From NCBI RefSeq assembly GCF_001194135.2, contig NC_068988.1:36406890-36470889 (forward strand): a stretch of 64,000 bases of DNA, given 5' to 3'. A program made the position numbers and the translations under genes. Below the pieces are notes generated by a model. That model was given only the letters and a program-made list of their open reading frames with translations. It had not been told where the DNA came from and did not search any database. This document shows, piece after piece, positions 1 to 13,289 of this stretch. Numbering within the stretch: the stretch's first letter is position 1; each line of letters starts with the position of its first letter. The DNA is from Octopus bimaculoides. Its lineage: Eukaryota.

Positions 1-738
1 GCGTGTGTGTGTGCGTGGTTTGGTGGTTTATCTGTTAGTGTGTATGTGTGTGTTTGTGTGTGTGTGTGTGTGTGACATAGTGGAAGGAATTAGTAGCAGG
101 AATAGTTAGTGGGTGCTTATGGACAATGGTCAGTGGAAGGTCAGCAGGCAGTTTTTGGGTATGTGTGTGTTTGTGTGTGTGTTTGTGTGGGGTTGCAGGT
201 GTTGAGTACGTGTGCGTGTGTGTGTGTATTTTGTACGTGCGCGTGTGTGTATGTGTATGTTTTCGTGCGTGCGTGTGTGTTTGTGCGTATGTGTATGTTG
301 TGCATATGCCCATGTGTGTTCGTGTGTGTATGTGTGTGTTTATGTGTGTGTGCGTGCGTATGTGTGTGAGAGCGTAAGGATGTGCCAGGTATGTGTGTTA
401 GTTTGTGTGTGCACTCCTGTGTGTGTGTGTGTGCATATGTATGCGGCTGTGTATGTACGTGTATGTAGGCGTGCGCGTATATATGGGTGTGTATGTGTGT
501 GTCTCTGTGTAGGTAAGGCTGTGTAAGGTGTGTGTCTCTACCACTGTACGTGTGTGTGTGTATATATGTGCGTTCGTCTATATGTGTGTGTGAGGGCGCG
601 CATATATGTTTGTCATGTGTGTGGGCGGTATATATGAAAGGTGTGTGGGAGGTGTGTGTGTTAGGTGTATGGGAGGTATGTGAGGTATGTGTGAATGGGG
701 GTATGTATGGGTTGTCAGGTATGTGGGAGGTATGTGTG
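1..738. repeat. Degenerate (GT)n/(GTAT)n microsatellite tract ending in GGGAGGTATGTGT-like units
   Basis: Directly visible low-complexity sequence; abuts the N gap 739-1614; overlapping ORFs are HT/CV dipeptide artefacts. Confidence 0.95.
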
Positions 739-1699
739 ANNNNNNNNNNNNNNNNNNNNNNNNNNNNNNNNNNNNNNNNNNNNNNNNNNNNNNNNNNNNN
801 NNNNNNNNNNNNNNNNNNNNNNNNNNNNNNNNNNNNNNNNNNNNNNNNNNNNNNNNNNNNNNNNNNNNNNNNNNNNNNNNNNNNNNNNNNNNNNNNNNNN
901 NNNNNNNNNNNNNNNNNNNNNNNNNNNNNNNNNNNNNNNNNNNNNNNNNNNNNNNNNNNNNNNNNNNNNNNNNNNNNNNNNNNNNNNNNNNNNNNNNNNN
1001 NNNNNNNNNNNNNNNNNNNNNNNNNNNNNNNNNNNNNNNNNNNNNNNNNNNNNNNNNNNNNNNNNNNNNNNNNNNNNNNNNNNNNNNNNNNNNNNNNNNN
1101 NNNNNNNNNNNNNNNNNNNNNNNNNNNNNNNNNNNNNNNNNNNNNNNNNNNNNNNNNNNNNNNNNNNNNNNNNNNNNNNNNNNNNNNNNNNNNNNNNNNN
1201 NNNNNNNNNNNNNNNNNNNNNNNNNNNNNNNNNNNNNNNNNNNNNNNNNNNNNNNNNNNNNNNNNNNNNNNNNNNNNNNNNNNNNNNNNNNNNNNNNNNN
1301 NNNNNNNNNNNNNNNNNNNNNNNNNNNNNNNNNNNNNNNNNNNNNNNNNNNNNNNNNNNNNNNNNNNNNNNNNNNNNNNNNNNNNNNNNNNNNNNNNNNN
1401 NNNNNNNNNNNNNNNNNNNNNNNNNNNNNNNNNNNNNNNNNNNNNNNNNNNNNNNNNNNNNNNNNNNNNNNNNNNNNNNNNNNNNNNNNNNNNNNNNNNN
1501 NNNNNNNNNNNNNNNNNNNNNNNNNNNNNNNNNNNNNNNNNNNNNNNNNNNNNNNNNNNNNNNNNNNNNNNNNNNNNNNNNNNNNNNNNNNNNNNNNNNN
1601 NNNNNNNNNNNNNNCAGAGGTAGTGTTGGTGATGAAGGGGCAGGTGTGACAGCGGGATACATATATAAGTGTGATCATTGTGCGTGTGCATATATATGT

Positions 1700-1920
1700 T
1701 TGTTTGCGTGCCTCTGTACCCACTACCGCTACCATTTAACAAATGGTCTGCTGTCAATGTGTTTACCAGTCCGTGATCCAGCTTTTAGGCAAAAGAGAAC
1801 GATTGAATAAGTAGCAGGATTTTAAAAAGCGTAGGTAGGTCCATTCATTCGACTAAAACGTCTTCAAGGAGATGCCCCCGCATGTCAGATGTCTGACAAC
1901 TAAAACAAGTAGACGAAAGA
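1700..1920 (+). mobile_element. Degenerate SINE body and 3' tail (octopus-type family)
   Basis: GGCAAAAGAGAACGATTGAATAAGTAGCAGG...TTCGACTAAA...GCATG...AAACAAGTAGA resembles the same tail at 14640-14800 and, reversed, at 51881-51980. Confidence 0.5.
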
Positions 1921-2756
1921 AGGTGAAAGGTAATTGTCATGATAAACTTTGATTAATTTAAAATGTCATCGAAACTGTCGAGAGAATGTATAAATGAGTT
2001 ATGCCCATGCTACTCAACGACCTCTTACAATCAAAGGATATAAAGACAACAGTAACAACTTTGTAATACCCCACACAATGCTAGGCAGATTTTTCACCGA
2101 TACATTTTCCACTAATATATGAATACTGAACTTACAATCGCTGGCACATAATTTTGACAGATATTGATTTCGTAGAAATATTATCGATGAAAAACATGTT
2201 TAACACTGCTTCACGTTTTACTTTAAAACGTTTCCAATGATTTTAGGCCTTCACTATATTATTGTGTTATTTAATTTTTAAATAAATGAACATACCTAAC
2301 TAATATCCCGTACACGGTTTATCAAAATAGTATCTCGATAGTATACAATGAAAGCATTCGATGCAATAAATATATGAATATGGATTAATAGTTTTAAAAT
2401 ATATGCAAAGAAATAATCTCATGGCATGATAGTTACTAATAATTTATGCATTTCATTGAGTACTGTTGCCTATTCTGAAATCTATTTATAAGTAGCCATA
2501 AAGGAACAAGTTATAGGTTCGTATCATCTCTAAAGAAAGAGTATTAACTTCAAAACATTTCTAACACTGCTTCACATAGTTTCATCAATTAATTTTCTTT
2601 AATATTTTTCCAAAATAATAAAATATTGCTACTTGAGCTAACGTCATTCAGGCGGCTTTCACAAGGTCGGCATTTATCGCAACGCGTTTTGGGCTGATAC
2701 TTTAAAATATAACACATAGATATACTTTAACAGATATAATATGTAATTATTCTAGT

Positions 2757-3655
2757 TGGATAAGAAGACAATGGAGGAAATCCAGAGATAGTATTCATGA
2801 ACTATTAGACATTATGTTATGTCTATTTATTTATTTTAAACAGTTCAGATGACATATAAAGACATGTATAAAGTATTAGTAATTTCTAAAGACCAGTTTC
2901 TTGCAGTAGTTTCAGGTCACAGTACCCCATATGTTATTTCCATCTTTTCAGTGTATTATAGTAAACTGTAGATAAAATTAGGGTACTTGAGTATGTTTCT
3001 AGGTTTCGTCAGAGAGTTTTATAAGATAGTCCAATAAGTTCATAGGGTTAATTTATGCATATATAAATATATAGGTCCTAAACTATAAACATATCATATA
3101 TTTATATATAATNNNNNNNNNNAACATATTTATATATGTATGTATCTATATTTGTATGTATGTATATATATGTATTTCTCTTTTTATGCATTCTCTAATC
3201 GAAATATTGTACTACACCTACTAATAACTAATTCTGTTATAAGTATGTACATCCATATATACATGCATATGTGTATGTATATATAAACGTATGGGTGTGT
3301 ATGTATATATGTAAATGTATATATATATTTATATATGCACAAATTAGCCCTATGAACTTCTTGAATTATCTTATAAAAGTCTTTGACGAAGCCTAGAGGC
3401 ATATCCAAATACCCTAATTTTATCTACAAATTATTATAATACACTGAAAAGATGGAAATAACATGTGGGGTACTGTGACGTCTTGGCTGAAACAGCTGCA
3501 AGTAACAGCTCTTCTTTCTCTATTCTAGAAAATACTAATACTATACACATGTATTTATATATTATCTGATTTGTTTAAAATAAATAAATAGATACAATAT
3601 AATGTCTAACAGATGATGAATTCTGCATCAGGATTCCCTCCATTTTCTTCTTGCC
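2757..3655. repeat. Long imperfect inverted repeat (foldback); arms about 2757-3073 and 3320-3655
   Basis: Reverse complement of the right arm aligns along the left arm, e.g. CACAGTACCCCAyATGTTATTTCCATCTTTTCAGTGTATTATA and TCTATTTATTTATTTTAAACA; spacer is TA-rich with a 10-N gap. Confidence 0.9.
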
Positions 3656-4120
3656 ATATCAATTAAGTGTAAAGCCACGTACTAGCCTCGCCTAATAATT
3701 ATAATCAGTAGGCTGATTGCCACGCAATAACCAACACTTGTGTATCAATTAGGCATTCTACTAGCAGTATATTGGATAGATACATTCCCTTAGTTGGTTG
3801 GATTCACAACCTCTAACCTCTACATATATTTACATATATATATATATATATATATANNNNNNNNNNNNNNNNNNNNNNNNNNNNNNNNNNNNNNNNNNNN
3901 NNNNNNNNNNNNNNNNNNNNNNNNNNNNNNNNNNNNNNNNNNNNNNNNNNNNNNNNNNNNNNNNNNNNNNNNNNNNNNNNNNNNNNNNNNNNNNNNNNNN
4001 NNNNNNNNNNNNNNNNNNNNNNNNNNNNNNNNNNNNNNNNNNNNNNNNNNNNNNNNNNNNNNNNNNNNNNNNNNNNNNNNNNNNNNNNNNNNNNNNNNNN
4101 NNNNNNNNTATATATATATA

Positions 4121-4324
4121 GTAATCCTTCGACTATCGCGGGTTTTACGTTCCATTTTCCTCCCAGAGGAATAATTAAAATCTAAAAAAAGTATGTATAC
4201 CTATTGCCCGCAGAAACCCGCGATATACTGAGGAGTCCGTGATATAGATTTACATATATTAGCTAGAAAAATCGGCGATATACTGAGGGCGCGATAGGTG
4301 AACCGCGATATGGCGAGGGATTAC
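4121..4324. mobile_element. Tigger/pogo-type MITE remnant with about 24-bp TIRs
   Basis: 5' GTAATCCTTCGACTATCGCGGGTT matches the reverse complement of 3' AACCGCGATATGGCGAGGGATTAC; TA context on both sides. Confidence 0.7.
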
Positions 4325-4849
4325 ATATACAGTTATGACTGTCTAGTGCTCTGATATTTCCAATCAATATGAGATATCTGGATATTTTAATATTTAATAT
4401 TACAGTGCTTAGTGCGCCGACATATTATTTATTAGCTCTAATATTATCACAAAATCATGTCTTACAGATATAAACAGGAATTCTGATAATGTCTACGTTT
4501 TGTATAATATAAAGATATAACGAAATATCTGAATCTTAGTTAAGCGTACATCAATTTTAGTGATTGAGCTGTTTTAGTTTTTGCCTTGGATCAATAAACG
4601 TCTTCCGATATCAAGTTATCGCGTAAGTAGTTATTTGATCTTGAATCTTCTCACCTTATAATCAATAATACTTCTCATTGGTTTATAATAATGTCCTATT
4701 TTACTTGAAGCTGTTTAGTCCCAAATCGGTCTTGTTATCACTGATCATATGATCAAAAGAGCAAAAATCGAACAGGGCAATAAATAAAAATCAACAAATA
4801 AATCAATGCTCTCCGATATGACATAGAAATACTCAAACATTTAAGCAAT

Positions 4850-5080
4850 AATCATATAAAATTCCTTACGAAGAGAACGACGATGACAAAATATGAATTT
4901 AAACTCTGATCACCAACTTACTGAAGTAATGGAGAAGAAAAACAATGTAGACAAAAAAGCGCGCATACGCTGCTTCGAAAAACAGTAATAACATGTTCTT
5001 CAAAAATAATGACATGTTAAAAAATAACCCAAAGATATTCTATACACAGACTGGAAATAGCTCAATCAAAATAAATAACT
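4850..5080 (+). mobile_element. Highly decayed R4/Dong-like LINE ORF fragment (region upstream of RT)
   Basis: Broken translation KARIRCFEK...FFKNNDMLKNNPKIFY resembles the conserved pre-RT segment of Dong/R4 ORFs. Confidence 0.4.
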
Positions 5081-5689
5081 CCTCAGAGTACGGAGAACTT
5101 GTGTTTTGGCTTCAAGTTTAACCTGATGAGATACGTAACTGAGGGAGAGAGCATGTCTCTCTACACCTCATATTCCCTCCCCAGGAGATCTTTAAAAAGA
5201 TGAAAAGATCTTGACCGAAGACGAAAATGTTTTTCCTCAATGCTTTGAATTTCATATTCACAATACCTTTTTGCGCATTAGCCACTTAGCAGAAGAACAC
5301 TGCATGATCTGCCATATTAGAAGTGGGCGGTGAATTTGGCCAATAGTTAGATACGACCGACATGTGAGAGCAGCAAATTGACAGCTTTTCGTATCAGCAA
5401 TGTCAGGGTACTGCACGAACGTGTTCTGACTCTGCTAGTTTTCAGATATACACATGCGGAGGCACCTCAATGATTTTAGGGGTTATCTCAGACAGGCATT
5501 GCCCATCAGTAACACTGTATGCCAAAGATTGCTGGAAGTTGTTTCTGGTAGATGCAGCCCCCATATCTTCCGATACAAACAAGATTATTCTTCCTCGTTG
5601 ATACGCAGAGAGTGCCGGAGAATCTATTCCATCTTACAATCTGCAAGGGCTCTATACATTACGACGTAGCATTTCTACCGGCCGCATTA

Positions 5690-5830
5690 AAGATTAACAC
5701 AAGGCCACTAATTTTAGGAGCAGAGATTATTGATTGCATAACTTCCCTGTACTTTACTGGTACTTAATTTCTCGACCACGCAAGAATGATGGGCTAAGAC
5801 ACGCCGCCATTTTCAAATTTAATCGCTGAC
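5690..5830 (-). mobile_element. tRNA-derived SINE fragment (family A)
   Basis: Reverse complement reads GGTCGAGAAATTAAGTACCAG...CCTAAAATTAGTGGCCTTGTG, as in the copy at 49631-49842. Confidence 0.65.
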
Positions 5831-6077
5831 AAAAATACCGTTAAGCATTTTATTCGTCTTCTGAAGATATCTGACAGTATGCAACCCCATCATTTAATAT
5901 TTGGAGCAAGGGCAGTGGTTTTGGTTCGAGGAGTGTAGTAAATATCATTCATATCAGTACATGTATGCTTCTCTATCTCATTGATACTGTAGGATACTTC
6001 GGAATTCAGGGCATAAAATACAGGGAGAAGTGTCATGTGATTTCATTTTCATGCTCTAACTAGACTGGCAATAAAAA

Positions 6078-6213
<136 letters not shown>

Positions 6214-6664
6214 NNNNNNNNNNNNNNNNNNNNNNNNNNNNNNNNNNNNNNNNNNNNNNNNNNNNNNNNNNNNNNNNNNNNNNNNNNNNNNNNNNNNNNN
6301 NNNNNNNNNNNNNNNNNNNNNNNNNNNNNNNNNNNNNNNNNNNNNNNNNNNNNNNNNNNNNNNNNNNNNNNNNNNNNNNNNNNNNNNNNNNNNNNNNNNN
6401 NNNNNNNNNNNNNNNNNNNNNNNNNNNNNNNNNNNNNNNNNNNNNNNNNNNNNNNNNNNNNNNNNNNNNNNNNNNNNNNNNNNNNNNNNNNNNNNNNNNN
6501 NNNNNNNNNNNNNNNNNNNNNNNNNNNNNNNNNNNNNNNNNNNNNNNNNNNNNNNNNNNNNNNNNNNNNNNNNNNNNNNNNNNNNNNNNNNNNNNNNNNN
6601 NNNNNNNNNNNNNNNNNNNNNNNNNNNNNNNNNNNNNNNNNNNNNNNNNNNNNNNNNNNNNNNN

Positions 6665-8289
6665 NTGCCCATAGCTATAAATAAGGTGGCATCAATTATT
6701 ATAAAGTACATGACGCACTCCATGAAGAAATGGCAGACAGTGCTACAGCTCCAAACAAAAGAGGGACTTGTGAGAACGAAATCCATCCCCATTAGAAGAG
6801 GAATATTCCGGGGAGACACGCTCTCTCCACTCATATCTTTAACTGAATTGCTAAATAGAACTGGATGCGGATACAAATGTTACGGAAAAACAATGAGCCA
6901 CCTTTTATATATGGATGACCTAAAATTATACGCCAGAAATGACAAAGAGCTGGAAACACTACTACAGACAGTACATGGCTTTACCAAGGAAATANNNNNN
7001 NNNNGAAATGACAAAGAGCTGGAAACACTACTACAGACAGTACATGGCTTTACCAAGGAAATAGATATGATATTCGGATTAGAAAAATGTGCCAAAGCAA
7101 CCTTGAAAAGAGGAAAATTAATTAAAAGTAGCAACATCACACTATATAAAGCCAATGAAATAAGAGAACTAGACGAAAGCCAGCCATACAAATATTTAGG
7201 AGTCATTTAGGAGTCAATGAACTAGATAGGACACAACACACACAAATGAATGAAAAAATAAAGAAAGGTCAATACTAAAAACAGAGCTCAATGCTAAAAA
7301 NNNNNNNNNNGAAATCATACTACCTAACAAATACGAAGACGAAGAAGAAGAAACGACAAAAGCTATAAAACAAATGAAATCCAAACTAAAACTACAACAT
7401 CAACAGACCATGATAAAACGATGGCAAGAAAAGCCCCTACATGGTAAATACTGGGTTAAACTAAATGCAAAAGAAAGAGACAGAGAAAAATCCCAGCAAT
7501 GGTTGAGAAGCTCAGGACTCAAAGCAGAGACTGAAGGATTTTTAATTGCTGCACAAGACCAAAGCCTCCCCACCAGAAATTACCAAAACATATAATGAAA
7601 AGAAACATAACAAGTAACTGTAGAATATGTGGAGATGGATAAGAAACAATGAATCATCTTATCTCTAGCTGCCCAGTCCTGGCTAAGAAGGAATATATTC
7701 ACAGACACGACAGAGCTGAGACCTATATACACTGGAAGCTATGCCAACACTATGGAATAACAACAGAAAAAAGATGGTATAAACCCACGCCAGAAAAGAT
7801 CACAGAAAACGAGAAAGCAACTATACTCTGGGATATGCCAATACACCCACAGATAGAGAAATTAAGGCAAATAGACCAATATAGTTGTCAAAGATCATGA
7901 AGAAAAAAATGCTTTCTAATTGATGTATCAATACCAGCAGATGACAACGTTTCCCTAAAAGAAATGGAAAAACTTTCAAAATACAAAGACCTGGAAATAG
8001 AGGTAACTCGGATGTGGAATCTAAAAACACAGACAATTCCTATCATAGTAGGTGCCTTAGGTATAATAAAAAAAATATTCAGACAAATACATAACAAAAA
8101 CACCAGGACTTACAAATATATATAACATACAGAAAATTGCACTACTGGGCACTGCACACATCCTACGCAAAACACTTTCAATACAGTAACCATAAGAGCA
8201 TCACAGCAAACCACAGCACATACCCAAGGCACACAGAGATGCACTCGGTAGTGAAGTGAAATCACGCTAAAAAAATAAAACTACTGAAC
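6665..8289 (+). mobile_element. R4/Dong-clade non-LTR retrotransposon, 3' part: RT, CCHC knuckle, restriction-like endonuclease, 3' UTR; frameshifted and gapped
   Basis: RRGIFRGDTLSPL, YMDDLKLY (6908-6919 for YMDD), GLKAETEGFLIAAQDQSL, CRIC..HLISSC, broken RPDIVV, IDVSIP, EKLSKYKDLEIE; stop at 8187-8189; (AAT)n tail follows. Confidence 0.9.
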
Positions 8290-8307
8290 AATAATAATAA
8301 TAATAAC

Positions 8308-8363
<56 letters not shown>
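8289..8363. repeat. (AAT)n tail or target microsatellite
   Basis: Directly 3' of the Dong-like 3' UTR. Confidence 0.95.
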
Positions 8364-8364
<1 letters not shown>

Positions 8365-8390
8365 TCTTTCAACGTTATAACAACAACAAA

Positions 8391-9020
8391 TACCCTAATG
8401 CAGTACCAGGCACTGGCTCTCATGGATTTTGATCTTAACTGAATGGAAGTGTCATCATGTACATTGTTTGTCTTGGTATAAAAGTTGGGCTGCAGCAAAT
8501 TGACTACTCAGTACCACAGATTTGCTTGTCAGTTATGTGACCTTAACTAGTTTAGCATGTTCTTATTGGCTGACAATATGCGCATCTCTGACCACGAGCA
8601 GAAGTAGTGGGGAGAATGATAGCCATATATTGAGAGAAATTATTTGGGGTTTCAATCATTCACTTCTAGTAATATTGGCGTCTTCTCATCATCCTTAAAA
8701 CAAAGCTTATTCAAGGACCGTTTGAGCAGGATGGGCTACTCAACCTGAAGAAATTCTAACTGGGCTCCACCTGCAAGCTCATGCGCCTTTTACCTTGATA
8801 TGAGATCTTCATGTCGCGCACATATGGTTGTGATGCATGTGCCTCGTGTACCCTTATCAGCCGTGTAGTCATGATGGGTATATTGAACATCGTATATTTG
8901 TACCCCAGAGNNNNNNNNNNGTCATGATGGGTATATTGAACATCGTATATTTGTACCCCAGAGTCACTTTGATGGCATGCACTGCTATTTCACTCAATAA
9001 ATAATAATAATATTAATAAT
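8391..9020 (+). mobile_element. About 600-bp non-coding retroposon-like interspersed repeat with an (AAT)n tail
   Basis: Higher GC than flanks, no ORF, begins TACCCTAATGCAGTACCAGGCA, ends CACTCAATAAATAATAATAAT; recalled as an abundant octopus repeat but not verifiable here. Confidence 0.6.
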
Positions 9021-9042
9021 GTATAGACGTTTATAGAAATAG

Positions 9043-9047
9043 TACTT

Positions 9048-9100
<53 letters not shown>

Positions 9101-9208
9101 ATGGTGGTGGTGGTGCATGTTGTTGCTGGTGGTGGTGTATGGTGATGGTGGTGGTGATGGTAGTAGTAGTGGTAGTAGTAGTAGCAGCAGCAGCAGCAGT
9201 ATTAGTAT

Positions 9209-9264
<56 letters not shown>

Positions 9265-9432
9265 ATATCAGTAGTAGCAGCGGTAGGGTTACCGTCAGTA
9301 GCTGTAAGATTATTTATGAAGTGTTTTCACTAGTTTCTATAATCATCCGTTCTATGATCATCACATTCATCTCCGTCGTCGTCATCATCACCATCATAAT
9401 CATCATCATCTTCTTCTCCTCCTCCTCCTCCC
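9043..9432. repeat. Compound trinucleotide tract (GTA)n/(GTG)n/(GCA)n then (TCA)n/(TCC)n
   Basis: Directly visible; poly-S and poly-V ORFs are artefacts. Confidence 0.95.
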
Positions 9433-9907
9433 CTTTTCGTTCTTCTTACACTGCTCATTAAAATAATGGTTATGACAGGCGTTCAAGAATATTAGAAATT
9501 GCTATTATTTTCAGTCAGTCATTAATGCAATCATCGTGTAGCTATATACTACATTAGCTAGTGCACTGTTTGATAGCTTGACGGTGAAATTAATCGGTCG
9601 CACTCTAGCCAGACAAGCAGCTTTAATTTTTGTTGATTAAATCTGTCATATATGGAGATGTTTTGGATTGGATATTTTTCTGTTAATTATCGAACTGTCA
9701 GATTAATGTTAATAAAGAAAATAATAAGCCCACCTCTGTCTTTAATTTTCTACTATAACCAGAAATGGTGTCTAAGAATAACCATTAATTTTATAGCAAT
9801 CGTGTACATCATTATCGTTCGGTCTATACATACATATATCAGTATATGTGTATGTGAACGTAATGCATGCAAGTATCTATGCATGTTACATCTACGTACA
9901 CGCATAG

Positions 9908-9966
<59 letters not shown>

Positions 9967-11518
9967 NNNNNNNNNNNNNNNNNNNNNNNNNNNNNNNNNN
10001 NNNNNNNNNNNNNNNNNNNNNNNNNNNNNNNNNNNNNNNNNNNNNNNNNNNNNNNNNNNNNNNNNNNNNNNNNNNNNNNNNNNNNNNNNNNNNNNNNNNN
10101 NNNNNNNNNNNNNNNNNNNNNNTATATTTATGTATATATACATGTATAGGCTTTATAAATTTTGTGTTAGTCCATTGCAAGTTGGTGCGTGTTTAAATCT
10201 GCACCAGCGAATGTTAACGTTTAAATATACAAGTTGACGATTTCTGTACTTCTACATTTTAGAAATGTTTTGTGAATATATATGTGACCTGGATATGAAT
10301 TAGCACTTACCACAGCCTAATAAACATGATATGTGTGAATGCTCTGTTCTGTTTCTTTGATTTCAATAGACATTATGAAGTTATTGTATAACTATATTGG
10401 ATTTTAGTGTTGGGCAGTTTCAGTAAAACTTATTTTCTCTATAGATGTCGTGGTGGCTATTATATAACATATGTGTATCTCTCACTGATTGTTTGCAACT
10501 CATTACGTGTTTTTTTTTTTTTTTTTTTNNNNNNNNNNTTTTTTTTTTTTTTTGTTTCTAAGAAACAAACTCTATCGAATTAATACATACGACAATCCGT
10601 ACAGAATCTTCAGAATCATTACATATGTTCCTTTCTCACTTTTTGTTTATCTTTTGTTTTGGAACGACCGTTGCCAGTTTTGTTTGTATAAAAAACTGCC
10701 CAACCGATATTCTTTCAAATCTAAGATGACAGAGTTCTTTTACCCAACGATGTGCCCGATAATTTTCCTTTTCAAACAAAGACAGAAAAAAAAAACCGGT
10801 GTCGGCGATTATTAGCTCCAAAATGGAGAGAGATTATTTCAATGTGTTATGGATAATATTCAAGAATATAACAAACTGGAAAGGAAAATATATTTTGAAT
10901 ACATCACATAGTTACAGATATGTGTTTCCATTTCTATGGGAGTATATCATTTACATTATAAACTTTCACTCTTAAAATCAGAGACAGACGTTTTACATAT
11001 GCAATCAGAGTTTGATCATTCTTGCCAAATGATTGTGAATAATCAAAACGGATATTTTCTAGGTGGTCATTTTCAGGAATTCATATAAATATATCGACGG
11101 AGTGTGTACTGGCTACTTCACGATAAATACACAGTTTTAAATATTAACTTCTAGTATAGACAAGGAAGATAAATTTTAAGCTTTGTTTGATATAGATGCT
11201 GAATGCGAATAGCAGACAATTTCGGAGAGACGAATTCAGAATATTAACTACATAATACGCTAGTAAAAGAAAAGGATGGACTGATATTCGTTTTGAAGGC
11301 AACGGAGAGATATGCAAAGTGATTTTGTCGAATTAGGTGTCAAGTGTATATTACTGTCTCCTTAGCCACAGACTTACATGTTAAATTTTGACATAAACAC
11401 AGGTTGAGAACGATTTTGGTCAAGGAAGATTTACATTGTTGAATAGAAAACAAGAGTAGATAGCTTGCAAGAAGCCGGTTTCCTGAATTTGTATAGCAAA
11501 GACGAGTGTGCGGAGATA

Positions 11519-11762
11519 AATATTTATTTCTTTATTGCGCAGAGGAGGCCAAACATAGAGGGGACAAACAAGGACAGACAAAGGGATTAAGTCGATTATA
11601 TTGACCCAAATGCGTAACTGGTACGTATTTAATCGACTCCGGAAGGAAGGATGACAGGCAATGTCGTCCTCGGCGGAATTTGAACTTAGAACCGAACGGC
11701 AGACGAAATACCGCTAAGCATTTCGCCCGGCGTGCTAAAGTTTCTGCCAGCTCACCGCCTTG
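11519..11762 (-). mobile_element. Near full-length tRNA-derived SINE (family A)
   Basis: Reverse complement: GGCGGTGAGCTGGCAGAA (A-box-like)...AAGTTCAAATTCC (B-box-like)...AGTACCAGTTACGCA...AATAAAGAAATAAAT. Confidence 0.85.
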
Positions 11763-12074
11763 TCAGAAGATAAATATTACCATATCTTTCCCTTTGTCTA
11801 ACTCTCTCTCTCTACTTTCCTTCTTTCTCTCCCTCTCTCATCTCCCTTTGTATGTATGTATATANNNNNNNNNNNNNNNNNNNNNNNNNNNNNNNNNNNN
11901 NNNNNNNNNNNNNNNNNNNNNNNNNNNNNNNNNNNNNNNNNNNNNNNNNNNNNNNNNNNNNNNNNNNNNNNNNNNNNNNNNNNNNNNNNNNNNNNNNNNN
12001 NNNNNNNNNNNNNNNNNNNNNNNNNNNNNNNNNNNNNNNNNNNNNNNNNTGTGTGTGTGTGTGTGTGTGTATGA

Positions 12075-12620
12075 AAAACAAAACAAGGAATAGAACAAGA
12101 ACGTAACGGGCGACAAAACATTCTGACAATTAAACGATACAAACAGGACAGGAAGAAACAGGAACGGGCCATTTGGAGCTTTCAAACTTCAGTCGAGTAC
12201 CAGATCGTTTTTGCAGTTTCTGCTGGTTACTCTCGAGACTGCTCTAATCTGGCCGACCCCAAGAAAATCTAAGCTGAGGCTACTAGATTCTTTGGAAGAA
12301 AGCAAGCGAATGTATACGAAAACAAGGGCGAGATAAAAAAAAAAAAGGAAATGGTACACAATTACAAAAACAAACCACAGGACATTAACAACAGGTGTCT
12401 TTCGACTAAGGACGAAATGAATTAAGCTGTCGTGTGTGAAAGTGAAGTTTTAAGGCAGGAACATAGAAGTTGAAAGTCATGGGAAGAAATATCAGAGATG
12501 TTACATGGATGATAGTCGAACCATTCTTCTATACCTTCACAAGTTTGATCCCTCAGGCCATGTCCATGTTACAGCACCCCAGTGAATATGAATGGGGTAC
12601 CACCAGTGAATATACGTATA
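12075..12620. mobile_element. Unclassified interspersed repeat fragment, possibly Penelope-derived
   Basis: Composition differs from flanks; the segment CAACAGGTGTCTTTCGACTAAGGACGAA...TTAAGCTG is recalled from a common octopus repeat; no ORF support. Confidence 0.3.
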
Positions 12621-12668
12621 ATATATATCTTTGTGTGCGTGTGTGTGTGGTGTGTAAATATTTGTATA

Positions 12669-12708
<40 letters not shown>

Positions 12709-12999
12709 ACCCTCTCGATTGATTGATCGACGTTTACTCTTTCCAGAGGAGAGAATCCATTCGGCCAATAAAGGTTTTCATGATAAAGCCAAAATTTCTA
12801 ACTCTACAGATAAAAACCGTCACTTATCAGCTCCAGCCTACACGCTTTCAAAAACCAGTTGGTGTTTAATCATTTATCAAATATTCAGTATACATAATAC
12901 TTTTTATACATCATGCAAAAAGTAAAAAAATAATGCTGAGTAAAAAAAATTGCTTCTTATGAATTTAAATATGTCTGCCGCCCTCCTTTACACTTGTTG

Positions 13000-13220
13000 T
13001 TTGAGCATGAAATGGAGGATGATAGAAAATGTCATCAGTTTAATTATGAGTTGAGAATAGGACATGATGCTGTAAAAAAAACTAGTCGTTATGTCCACCG
13101 AGCATTTACACAGACAATCATTAACGAAATTATGTTAGCAAGTCTTTCAAATGTTGTATAATGAAGAGGCGAGACGTGCAGGTGAAGGTTATGGTAAACA
13201 GGGTTTGGAGGTTGTTAGGG
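13000..13220 (+). mobile_element. Highly decayed mariner N-terminal (HTH) remnant
   Basis: Broken translation such as FNYELRIGHDA...K resembles the LYEF..G..A.EA.R.I start of Mos1-like transposases and of the copy at 33752. Confidence 0.35.
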
Positions 13221-13289
13221 ACGTTTCTACAGAAAACGGTTCAACAGAAAACATTTAAACATAAACATAAATTTCAAATTTGTGGTGCA

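Noticed and set aside
35-1757. Long ORFs (up to 538 aa) in the ORF track here and at most other N gaps
   Set aside because: They consist of X runs plus HT/CV/YI dipeptides from microsatellites; not genes
5121-5160. CTGATGAG...CATGTC, a second hammerhead-like motif
   Set aside because: GAAA core is broken (GAGAG), helix II and helix I do not pair; at best a very decayed relic
5160-5690. Short ORFs (MRRHLNDFRG...) in a moderately GC-rich stretch
   Set aside because: No recognisable motif on either strand; probably an eroded TE I cannot classify
6925-7060. About 50-bp direct duplication in the Dong RT across a 10-N gap
   Set aside because: Identical sequence on both sides of a 10-N gap is an unmerged contig overlap
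8868-8963. 43-bp direct repeat (GTCATGATGGG...CCCCAGAG) flanking a 10-N gap
   Set aside because: Same contig-overlap artefact; not a CRISPR repeat or TSD
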